From assembly GCA_035650735.1 (NCBI GenBank), contig DASRGZ010000173.1, forward strand, positions 1-64,000: DNA of 64,000 bases, in the 5' to 3' direction. Below the pieces are notes generated by a model that was not told where the DNA came from, did no database searches, and saw only the letters and a program-made list of their open reading frames with translations. A program made the translations under genes and the position numbers. The DNA comes from Chthonomonadaceae bacterium. Its GTDB lineage: Bacteria; Armatimonadota; Chthonomonadetes; Chthonomonadales; Chthonomonadaceae. Shown piece by piece: positions 1-7,455 of the stretch (positions are counted from its first letter, which is position 1; every line of letters begins with the position of its first letter).

Positions 1-51
1 GTGGGATGCACTTGGGTCCTCTTGAGGAGATAGGCCAGCCGCTCATTAGAG

Positions 52-83
52 GCTTGGTGCTCGCTTTTTAGCGAGCACCAAGC
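52..83. repeat. Perfect 14-bp hairpin (terminator/REP-like)
   Basis: GCTTGGTGCTCGCT-TTTT-AGCGAGCACCAAGC. Confidence 0.6.
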
Positions 84-163
84 GGTCATCAGCCTCCAAG
101 TCCTCTCTCGAAGCAGGCAAAAAAGGGCATAACACCCTCTAGAAAGCGAGGCAGAGTAGCGCT

Positions 164-297
164 ATGGGGACAGACATATACGGTTGGGTCGAGGTAGAAC
201 GCTATGCAGGCGCGAAGTGGCGCGCGGTTATTGACGTCGGTGCCTTGCTGGAATCCATGGAGACAAACAGGTGCGCCTGGTGGTCTGGTTTGGGTGA
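164..297 (+). pseudogene. Internally deleted remnant of a conserved hypothetical gene
   Basis: ATG164 reads MGTDIYGWVEVERYAGAKWRAVIDVGALLE; another frame from 256 reads HGDKQVRLVVWFG* (TGA 295-297). These resemble the N- and C-termini of a hypothetical family (MGxDIxGWxE...VRLVVWF), from memory. Confidence 0.5.
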
Positions 298-376
298 GTG
301 ATGGCTATGCAGTTTAATAAACTGAGCGGAGTGGACAGCACAGGTTGAGAAAAGTAAGACCCTCAAGGAGGGAGCG

Positions 377-625
377 ATGACGTTGCCGTTGCTGGAATTG
401 GAAGGAACCTGGGAGGAGATTGCCGCGCACGGACCGGAACTCGCAGGCCGTAAGGTGCGGTTGATTGTTTTGCCATCTGAGACGGAATCGCCGCCAGAGC
501 AGCCGCCTGCCTTCCGGCCCGCCTCCGGTCGCTCTTTGCTGCGTCATGTCGGAACCTGGGCAGGCGATGATTTGAAAGCGTGCCTACAAGAGGTCTATGC
601 CAATCGCACCAAAACCAGGTTCTGA
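377..625 (+). CDS. Putative type II antitoxin (82 aa)
   Basis: RBS AAGGAGGGAG; small protein ending [19 protein letters not shown]; stop overlaps the start of a PIN-domain ORF. Confidence 0.65.
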   Translation: MTLPLLELEGTWEEIAAHGPELAGRKVRLIVLPSETESPPEQPPAFRPASGRSLLRHVGTWAGDDLKACLQEVYANRTKTRF

Positions 626-714
626 AAAAGTACCTGCTTGATACGAACAGGGGATGCGGGCGACTCCGGCGCAGTGCATTCAAACCTCTGAAAAAGTACC
701 TGCTTGACACGAAC
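621..714 (+). repeat. 28-bp direct repeat with a 38-bp spacer
   Basis: TCTGAAAAAGTACCTGCTTGAYACGAAC at 621-648 and 687-714, one mismatch. Confidence 0.9.
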
Positions 715-880
715 TATTGCAGCCGTATCCTCGAAGCCGATGGGACTATCATTCGCCGTGTGGCGGAAGTAGGCGAAGAGAATGTAGCAACATCTGTTAT
801 CGTTCGGGGCGAACTGATTTTCATGGCGGAACATTCCGAACAGCAGGCGGCTAATCTGGTGCGTGCTCATGAGTTCCTTA
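622..880 (+). pseudogene. Truncated VapC/PIN toxin with a duplicated 5' end
   Basis: KYLLDTN occurs twice, then CSRILE...[15 protein letters not shown] (PIN motifs). Similarity ends at about HEFL where the convergent Rieske gene ends; the C-terminal DxxIAA/LVTxN motifs are missing. Confidence 0.7.
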
Positions 881-2009
881 TTTCGTCTTGGGTCAGACCC
901 AGGGATCGCAGGTACTCGCGGTCGAAGGCGGCGCAGAGGCTTTCGCGCGGTGAATAGGGGCCGGGCGTATAGGCGCGCGAGGAGACGCCAAGCTGGCTCA
1001 ATTCGCAGACATGCCAGTCCTCACGGTTGGTCTTGTCCCAGAAAAGCACGCCATCGTCGGGGTTGAAGTCGGGGTGCGCGGCGGCGTTAGGGTGGAAGAG
1101 CCACTCGCACTCGATGCGGGTGCGGTCGGGCGCTTCCGGCCAGAGGAGGTGGATCATCACGTAGTCGGGATGCAGGCTCAGCAGCATGTTGGGAAAGATC
1201 GAATAATAATACACGCGATGCTGATCCTCGGAGTCCAGGTCGCCGACCGACAGGCTGCAAGCGTTCCCGCTCACGGTCATGCTGGCAAAGTCGGGCTTGA
1301 CCTCCATATAGCCGCCCAGGAACGCCCCGGAGACCAGGTCATTGGCCCCGCTGTCGGCAGGCGAGAGCTTCACCAGTGCCGGATGCACCAGCGAACAATG
1401 GAAGCACTCCGAATAGTTCTCAAAGATCAGCTTCCAGTTGGCGCGCACATCGTAGACGATCCGCCGCGCCCTCCGCAAGGTCGGCAGGCGGTAGGGGCCG
1501 AACTTCTCAAGCAGCGGCGCGTGCGTGCTCTCAAACGGCTCCGGCTCCGTGGCCAGCGCAATAAAGAGGAACCCTTCCCAACTTGTGAGGGCGGCGGGAT
1601 GCAGCGGATAGTCGTCCTTCTGGAAGCCCGGCAGGGCGTCCATGGAGGGGGCGGCGAGGAGGCGACCGTCCAGCGCATAGGTCCAGGCATGGTACGGGCA
1701 GCGAATGGCGTTCTTGAGGTGGCCTTCGCTCTCCTCGCAAAGCCGCGTGCCGCGGTGCCGGCAGACGTTGTAAAACGCCCGCACGACTCCTTCACGACCG
1801 CGTACAATCACTATGCTCTCCATTCCAACCGTGCAGACGAAGTAATCGCCTGGCTGCGCTACCCGCTCTTCCCGTCCGACGCATATCCAGCGCTGTAGGA
1901 AGATGTTTTCCTGCTCCTGGCGAAAGATTTCGGGCGAGGTATAGAAAGGCCCCGGCAGCGTCCTGGCCCCCTGAGTGCCGATCTGCGCAGCCTTCAGAAA
2001 CTGCCCCAT
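867..2009 (-). CDS. Rieske non-heme iron oxygenase alpha subunit (glycine betaine/choline monooxygenase-like)
   Basis: Rieske motif CRHRG...[19 protein letters not shown] mononuclear iron motif. Confidence 0.9.
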   Translation of the reverse strand: MGQFLKAAQIGTQGARTLPGPFYTSPEIFRQEQENIFLQRWICVGREERVAQPGDYFVCTVGMESIVIVRGREGVVRAFYNVCRHRGTRLCEESEGHLKNAIRCPYHAWTYALDGRLLAAPSMDALPGFQKDDYPLHPAALTSWEGFLFIALATEPEPFESTHAPLLEKFGPYRLPTLRRARRIVYDVRANWKLIFENYSECFHCSLVHPALVKLSPADSGANDLVSGAFLGGYMEVKPDFASMTVSGNACSLSVGDLDSEDQHRVYYYSIFPNMLLSLHPDYVMIHLLWPEAPDRTRIECEWLFHPNAAAHPDFNPDDGVLFWDKTNREDWHVCELSQLGVSSRAYTPGPYSPRESLCAAFDREYLRSLGLTQDEIRNS

Positions 2010-2064
2010 TCCTTCCTCCCTTTCTTACACGCACGCTGTGGTGCTGCCCCTTCCCGCAGGCGCA

Positions 2065-2442
2065 TCAGCCTTTCGCGCGTTTGCGCCCGATCCAGAGGCC
2101 AAGCAGTACCCCGGCAATGAGCATACCCACCATCTGCCTGCGCTCGCCGAACGCGATGAACTGCGTCCGTTCCGGCGTTATCTCTACGACGCCGACGGGC
2201 ACGGCAACCACGCCGCCGCCTCCCCCGCCGCCACTGCCCGGCGCGTTTTCCGGCTGCGTCTGGCCTTCGCCCGCCTCGGCTTTCTCCTGTCCTTTGCCCG
2301 TGCCATAGCCGCCGCCGAAGCCGTAGGCGATGCGCGCCGCCGGGATGATGGTCTTGCCCTCCGCATGAATCGGCTGGCCGTAGACGGTCGTGACATGGGC
2401 GCTGCGCTGCAAATACTCGGCCAGAGATGTCATCAGTGTCAT
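2065..2442 (-). CDS. GerW/YtfJ family protein
   Basis: VYGQPI...IIPAARIAYGFGGGYG...GGGGGGGVVAVPVGVVEIT; C-terminal TM. Confidence 0.8.
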   Translation of the reverse strand: MTLMTSLAEYLQRSAHVTTVYGQPIHAEGKTIIPAARIAYGFGGGYGTGKGQEKAEAGEGQTQPENAPGSGGGGGGGVVAVPVGVVEITPERTQFIAFGERRQMVGMLIAGVLLGLWIGRKRAKG

Positions 2443-2557
2443 GGTTCACCTTCGTCCGATGGCGGGCCACAACCCCGCTCCTCCTTCTTTCAAAGCAAAT
2501 CTCAGGTATCCTCCTGATGTCTGATGCTCTTTACCAATCCAACCTGGTAATCGTTAG

Positions 2558-3220
2558 CTACGTCGTGGATAGCAACATGGCGACAGCGAAGTGATCGCCA
2601 AATAGGGAGCGCGGAGCGGTTCTCTGGGAGGGCGCTATAAACGCGGGCTTGAGAGCAACTATCTCCCGGGCGACTGCATAATGCTCTTGGCAATGCATCT
2701 CTTGCTCCTGTTCACTTGCTTGCTCCCAGAACGTGAGGTCTGTGGGGCATGATCCGGCGACCGTGCCGTAGAGACCCGCATCCTCCTCGGAGCAGTCCAG
2801 CGGTACAAGCGTATAGCCTTCTGTCGCTCCTCTATAGGCGATGTAAGATCCTGTCCGTCGGTGATGCTCGTCCACCTGCCGACGGATAGCTTCATATTCC
2901 GATGGGTCTGCGTTGGGATGATGTTCCTGCCAGATTTCTCGCAGCCATCGCTTGACATATTCATCAGGTGGTAAACCTAAGGCTACCGTCATTTCGGGGC
3001 CGCCTGGAACGGGATTGGAGACGGAGGGCACGCCCTCTCGGAGAGCAGCGAGCGTGTCTTGTGCAGCCCGTAGGGGCTGTGGATTCATATCTCTGGCGTG
3101 CAGCGCTTGTCGGCTATCTAGCCGGCCTGCTTGAATGATAATCTTAGTGACGATCATGATGTCTCTGCTCCGAGGCGTGATCAGGAGGGAGGCTTTATTA
3201 TACGGCCCAAATTGCTTCAA
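2558..3220 (-). CDS. Hypothetical protein
   Basis: 220-aa ORF filling the gap between genes; start uncertain; no motif recognised. Confidence 0.45.
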   Translation of the reverse strand: MKQFGPYNKASLLITPRSRDIMIVTKIIIQAGRLDSRQALHARDMNPQPLRAAQDTLAALREGVPSVSNPVPGGPEMTVALGLPPDEYVKRWLREIWQEHHPNADPSEYEAIRRQVDEHHRRTGSYIAYRGATEGYTLVPLDCSEEDAGLYGTVAGSCPTDLTFWEQASEQEQEMHCQEHYAVAREIVALKPAFIAPSQRTAPRSLFGDHFAVAMLLSTT

Positions 3221-3265
3221 TTCCTCTTGGAACCACGCCTAGAACCCGCCTGTGCGTACCTTGCC

Positions 3266-3295
3266 TTGACGCGCCGTTCCTTCTGCGCCTATACT
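3266..3295 (+). promoter_or_regulatory. Sigma70-type promoter
   Basis: TTGACG-18 bp-TATACT upstream of ATG3327. Confidence 0.6.
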
Positions 3296-3326
3296 ATATC
3301 AACTTAAATCCGGCTTGAGGAGTCTG

Positions 3327-4826
3327 ATGTCCCAAAAAGTGTGTGTGATCGGGCTGGACTGCGCCCCGCCCGAACTTGTATTTGACTTATGGCGCGACCA
3401 ATTGCCTCATCTGCGCCGGCTGATGGCCCAGGGCGTCTACGGCCCGCTGGAAAGCACCATCCCTCCCATCACCGTCCCGGCCTGGATGAGCATGATGACC
3501 GGCAAAGACCCCGGCACGCTCGGCATCTACGGCTTTCGCAACCGCCGTGACCACTCCTACGACGGGCTGGCCTTCGCCAGCAACAAAATGATCCAGGAGC
3601 CGACCCTCTGGGATGTGCTGGCCGAGCATGGCAAACGCACCATCGCCCTCGGCGTGCCGCTGACCTATCCGCCGCGCCCCATGCAGGGCCTGCTCATCAG
3701 CGACTTCCTCGCCCCGGATACCAACAGCGATTATACCTATCCGCCCGAACTCAAGGACGAAATTCGGCAGACCGTCGGCGAGTATATCCTGGACACGCGT
3801 GCGTTTCGCACCGACGACAAGAGCAGGCTGCTAGCCGACATCTATACCATGACGGAGCGGCGCTTCCAACTGGCTCGCCATCTGATCACCTCCCATCCCT
3901 GGGACTTCTTCATCATGGTCGAGATGGGGACCGACCGCATCCATCATGGCTTCTGGAGGTACTTCGACCGGCAGCACCCCAAATACGAGCCGGGCAACCC
4001 CTTTGAGAACGCCATCCGGGACTACTATGTCGCCCTGGATAAGCACGTCGGCGACCTCCTCAGCCTGCTGGAGCCGGAGACGCGCGTCCTGGTCGTCTCC
4101 GATCACGGCGCCAAGCGCATGGACGGCGGCCTCTGCTTCAACGAGTGGCTGATTCGCGAGGGCTACCTGACGCTCAAGGAGCCGCCGCAGGGCGTGACCA
4201 AGTTCGGGCCGCATCTGGTGGACTGGCAGCGCACGAAAGCCTGGGGCGACGGCGGCTACTACGGGCGGCTGTTTCTAAACGTGCGTGGGCGGGAGCCGCA
4301 GGGCGTGGTCGCGCCCAACGAGGTTGAGGCGCTGAAGGTGGAGCTAACGGCCAAGCTCGAAGCCCTGACCGACGAGAAGGGACGGCCCCTCGGCACCCGA
4401 GTCTTCCGCCCGGAGGCGGTCTACGCGCAGTGCCGCCAGGTGCCCCCCGATCTCATCGTCTATTTCGGGGACCTGCATTGGCGCTCGGTGGGCAGCGTGG
4501 GGCATCCTTCCGTCTGGACGCATGAGAACGATACCGGCCCGGATGATGCCAACCACGCCCAGTTCGGCCTCTTCCTGATGGCCGAGGCGCGCAGCCTGCA
4601 ATCGCCCGGATACGTTTCGCCGGAAGCCCTGGACGCGAACCGGCGCGAGGGCCTCTCGATCTACGATGTCGCGCCGACCGTGCTGGACGCTTTCGGCGTT
4701 ACGCCGCCGCCGGGCATGGGCCGCACGGCCATCGGCGCCCGCCCCGCGCCCCGCGCCGACTCAGTCTACACGGCAGAGGAAGAGGCGGAACTGGCCCGCC
4801 GCCTGGAAGACCTGGGCTACCTATGA
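3327..4826 (+). CDS. Alkaline phosphatase superfamily protein (type I phosphodiesterase/nucleotide pyrophosphatase-like)
   Basis: IGLDCA, STIPPITVPAW, DRIHH, VSDHG, NHA motifs; RLEDLGYL C-terminus; RBS GAGGAG. Confidence 0.85.
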   Translation: MSQKVCVIGLDCAPPELVFDLWRDQLPHLRRLMAQGVYGPLESTIPPITVPAWMSMMTGKDPGTLGIYGFRNRRDHSYDGLAFASNKMIQEPTLWDVLAEHGKRTIALGVPLTYPPRPMQGLLISDFLAPDTNSDYTYPPELKDEIRQTVGEYILDTRAFRTDDKSRLLADIYTMTERRFQLARHLITSHPWDFFIMVEMGTDRIHHGFWRYFDRQHPKYEPGNPFENAIRDYYVALDKHVGDLLSLLEPETRVLVVSDHGAKRMDGGLCFNEWLIREGYLTLKEPPQGVTKFGPHLVDWQRTKAWGDGGYYGRLFLNVRGREPQGVVAPNEVEALKVELTAKLEALTDEKGRPLGTRVFRPEAVYAQCRQVPPDLIVYFGDLHWRSVGSVGHPSVWTHENDTGPDDANHAQFGLFLMAEARSLQSPGYVSPEALDANRREGLSIYDVAPTVLDAFGVTPPPGMGRTAIGARPAPRADSVYTAEEEAELARRLEDLGYL

Positions 4827-4861
4827 TTCGGAATTTCCGGCTATAAGGAACTGCCTTACCT

Positions 4862-5731
4862 ATGTGGACTGAATCGCAACTTGTCGAAGACCTGCGCGAC
4901 CTGGGCCTGACCGAAGGGGCCAGCGTGCTGGTGCACTCCTCGCTGCGCGCCATCGGCAAGATGGAGCAGGGCGCGGAAACGCTCGTGCGCGCCTTCCGCC
5001 GCGTGCTGGGGCCGTCCGGCACGCTGATGGTTCCCACCTTCACGTTCGACCACAGCGACCCGGCGGGATGGCGCCACCCGCCCACGTCCCCGGCGGAACT
5101 GGAACGCCTGCGGGCCGAAGCCCCGGTCTTCGACCCGGAGACGTCGCCGACCGAGGTGCGCTGGATGGGCGTCTTCCCGGAGGTCGTGCGCAAGCAGCCG
5201 GACGCAAAGCGCAGCCATCACCCGGTCGTCTCCTTCGCGGCCATCGGCGCCAACGCCAATTTCCTGACTCAGAACGCGCCGTTTCACTATCCGCTCGGCT
5301 CTGAAAGCCCGCTGGCCCGCCTGCACCAATTGAATGGCTACGTGCTGTTGATCGGGGTAGGGCACACGGTCAACACGTCGCTGCACCTGGCCGAAGTCTG
5401 GGCCGACGCGCCCTATATTCACCGTTCGGCCACCATCAAGACCGCCCCGGATCAGTTTACAATCATGCGGGGCAGCCCGGAATGCAGCGAGGGCTTCTCC
5501 AAGATCGAGCGGGTGCTGCGGCAGGCGCGTCTGCTCAAAGGGGGCTACATCGGCAACGCGCCCAGCCAGCTCATGCGCCAGCGCCAACTGCTCTCGATGG
5601 CGATTGCCATGCTGCAGGGCGATGCCGCCGCACTGCTCTGCGACGATCCCGACTGTCCCTGGTGCAGCGTAGCGCGCAAACTCTCTGCAAAACAGCGTTT
5701 GTCATTTGACGACACACAAACGGCATGGTAG
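4862..5731 (+). CDS. AAC(3)/YokD family N-acetyltransferase
   Basis: VLVHSSL, GTLMVPTFT, RSHHPVVSFAAIG, NTSLHLAE motifs. Confidence 0.88.
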   Translation: MWTESQLVEDLRDLGLTEGASVLVHSSLRAIGKMEQGAETLVRAFRRVLGPSGTLMVPTFTFDHSDPAGWRHPPTSPAELERLRAEAPVFDPETSPTEVRWMGVFPEVVRKQPDAKRSHHPVVSFAAIGANANFLTQNAPFHYPLGSESPLARLHQLNGYVLLIGVGHTVNTSLHLAEVWADAPYIHRSATIKTAPDQFTIMRGSPECSEGFSKIERVLRQARLLKGGYIGNAPSQLMRQRQLLSMAIAMLQGDAAALLCDDPDCPWCSVARKLSAKQRLSFDDTQTAW

Positions 5732-5734
5732 AAT
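5706..5734 (+). promoter_or_regulatory. rnpB promoter
   Basis: TTGACG (5706-5711), 17 bp, extended -10 TGG-TAGAAT (5729-5734), 7 nt upstream of the RNA 5' end. Confidence 0.8.
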
Positions 5735-5741
5735 CTATTAT

Positions 5742-6178
5742 GCAGGAGGTCGGGTGGTCGCTGCGGCGCGCGCCGCGCAAGGGTTCGCCCATGTGCGGGG
5801 CCGCTGGAGAGGAAAGTCCGGGCTTCATAGGGCGCGATGCCGGATAACGTCCGGGCGGGGCAACCCGACGGAAAGTGCCACAGAAAGGACACAGCCCCAG
5901 ACATAGGAAGTGGGAATAGGGAGCAGGCAGGCGTGCTCCTGGCTTTTCTCGATTGCTTACTCCCGATGTCTGCGGCAACGGTGAAATGGTGCGGTAAGAG
6001 CGCACCGGCGGCGTGGAGACACGTCGGCCTGGTAAACCCCATCGGAAGCAAGGCCGAGTAAGGAGGGGCTGGAAGGTGGCCCGCCGACCCTCCGGGAAGG
6101 GCCGCTAGAGGGGTCGGGCAACCGGCCTCGTAGAGAGATGACCACACAAAGACAGAACCCGGCTTATAGACCTCCTGC
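5742..6178 (+). ncRNA. rnpB: RNase P RNA, bacterial type A
   Basis: GAGGAAAGTCCGGGC, GGAAAGTGCCACAGAAA, GGTAAGAGCGCACC, GGTAAACCCC, ACAGAACCCGGCTTA; P1 helix GCAGGAGGTC/GACCTCCTGC. Confidence 0.97.
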
Positions 6179-6428
6179 GCCTGAGCCGCTTACTCTTCCC
6201 CAAGCGTTCTGACCTGCTTATCTCCTCCAACTTCTCGCTTTCCCTCAATCAACTCGGATTCAGCCTGCCGCTGTGGGACCTGCGACCTACTAACTGCTAG
6301 GGTCGGGGGTGGGGGCCAGAAAGGAATGATCCCGGACCCCGAAAGGAGCACAGGAATTCCGGGGCCGCGCGTGGTAGTATAGCGCACGGCCAAACGGACG
6401 AAACCACCCTGGATGAGGAAGGCAAGCG

Positions 6429-7175
6429 ATGACTCCTGAAGAAAAGTTTCTGTTCGACCTGGAAGGATATCTGGTGGTCAAGAACGTGCTGACCCCGGAA
6501 GAGGTCGCCGAGATGAACGCCATCGCCGACGAGAAGTTCCCCTACGATGGCACGACTATCGGCAGGCGCAGCAGCCGGATCAGTACCTGGGGGCCACCAT
6601 TCCAGGCCCTTATGGACCATCCGAAAATCCTGCCCTACCTGGTGGAGCTGATCGACTCCAAGTTCCGCCTCGACCATGATTACTGTATCTTTATGCCCCA
6701 GGGGAGCGAGGGCGGTCAGCTTCATGGCGGCGAGGGCCATGAGGGCGACCACTGGTACAAGTATCGCGACGGCGTGATCCGCAACGGCCTGACCGTCGTG
6801 ACCTACTTCCTGACCCCGGCGGGGCCGGGCGACGGCGGCTTTGCCTGTATTCCCGGCTCGCACAAGACCAACTTTCTCCGTGCCATCCCGCCGGAGGTAA
6901 AGCGGTTTGAACGCCCGGCGCACTACGTCGTGCAGCCGGTAGTCGAGGCGGGCGACGCCCTGATCTTCACCGAAGCCCTGGTTCACGGCACGATGCCCTG
7001 GCGGGCCAGGCACGAGCGCCGCGCCCTGCTCTACAAATTCAGCCCCGGCCACTCCGCCTGGTCTCAAAAATATCCTAGTCCTGACGACTACGAGAACCTT
7101 ACTCCCCAGCAGCGCCGCATCCTCTCGCCGCCCTCCGTTGGCAAGCGTCCGGACGTGATCCAGCCTGGGGAATGA
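6429..7175 (+). CDS. Phytanoyl-CoA dioxygenase (PhyH) family protein
   Basis: FLFDLEGYLVVKNVL, GGFACIPGSHK, AGDALIFTEALVHG, RRALLYKF. Confidence 0.85.
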   Translation: MTPEEKFLFDLEGYLVVKNVLTPEEVAEMNAIADEKFPYDGTTIGRRSSRISTWGPPFQALMDHPKILPYLVELIDSKFRLDHDYCIFMPQGSEGGQLHGGEGHEGDHWYKYRDGVIRNGLTVVTYFLTPAGPGDGGFACIPGSHKTNFLRAIPPEVKRFERPAHYVVQPVVEAGDALIFTEALVHGTMPWRARHERRALLYKFSPGHSAWSQKYPSPDDYENLTPQQRRILSPPSVGKRPDVIQPGE

Positions 7176-7178
7176 TAA

Positions 7179-7383
7179 GAATCCACAGATTACACCGATT
7201 AACACCGATTAAAAACAAAGATTTCAGACAGGATTAACGGGATTTACAGGATTAGACAAAGATAGGGAAGCCTGTGTTACTGTGTGGTGGTGAGTGGAAA
7301 TCCGGTTCATCCTGTTAATCCTGTTTGAATCTGCTTTTGTCTTTGATTTTTAGTCGGTGTTAATCGGTGTAATCTGTGGATTC
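7179..7383. repeat. 205-bp nested palindromic element (MITE-like/intergenic hairpin)
   Basis: 37-bp terminal inverted repeats with one mismatch (GAATCCACAGATTACACCGATTAACACCGATTAAAAA); inner imperfect arms ACAGGATTAACGGGAT/ATCCTGTTAATCCTGT; AT-rich. Confidence 0.85.
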
Positions 7384-7455
7384 ATGGACAGGGCAGGAGA
7401 TAGCGCTTGCGAGGGCGAAGACTCCGGGTGAGGTTGTTTGGAGTTGGAGATTTAG

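Noticed and set aside
621..714. CRISPR mini-array
   Set aside because: Only two repeats, the repeat encodes the VapC N-terminus, and no cas genes are in the window
4862..5731. Bona fide acquired aminoglycoside resistance gene aac(3)
   Set aside because: Chromosomal context with no mobile element; YokD-like homologs are often not resistance enzymes
5545..6147. ORFs across 5545-6147
   Set aside because: They overlap the RNase P RNA gene
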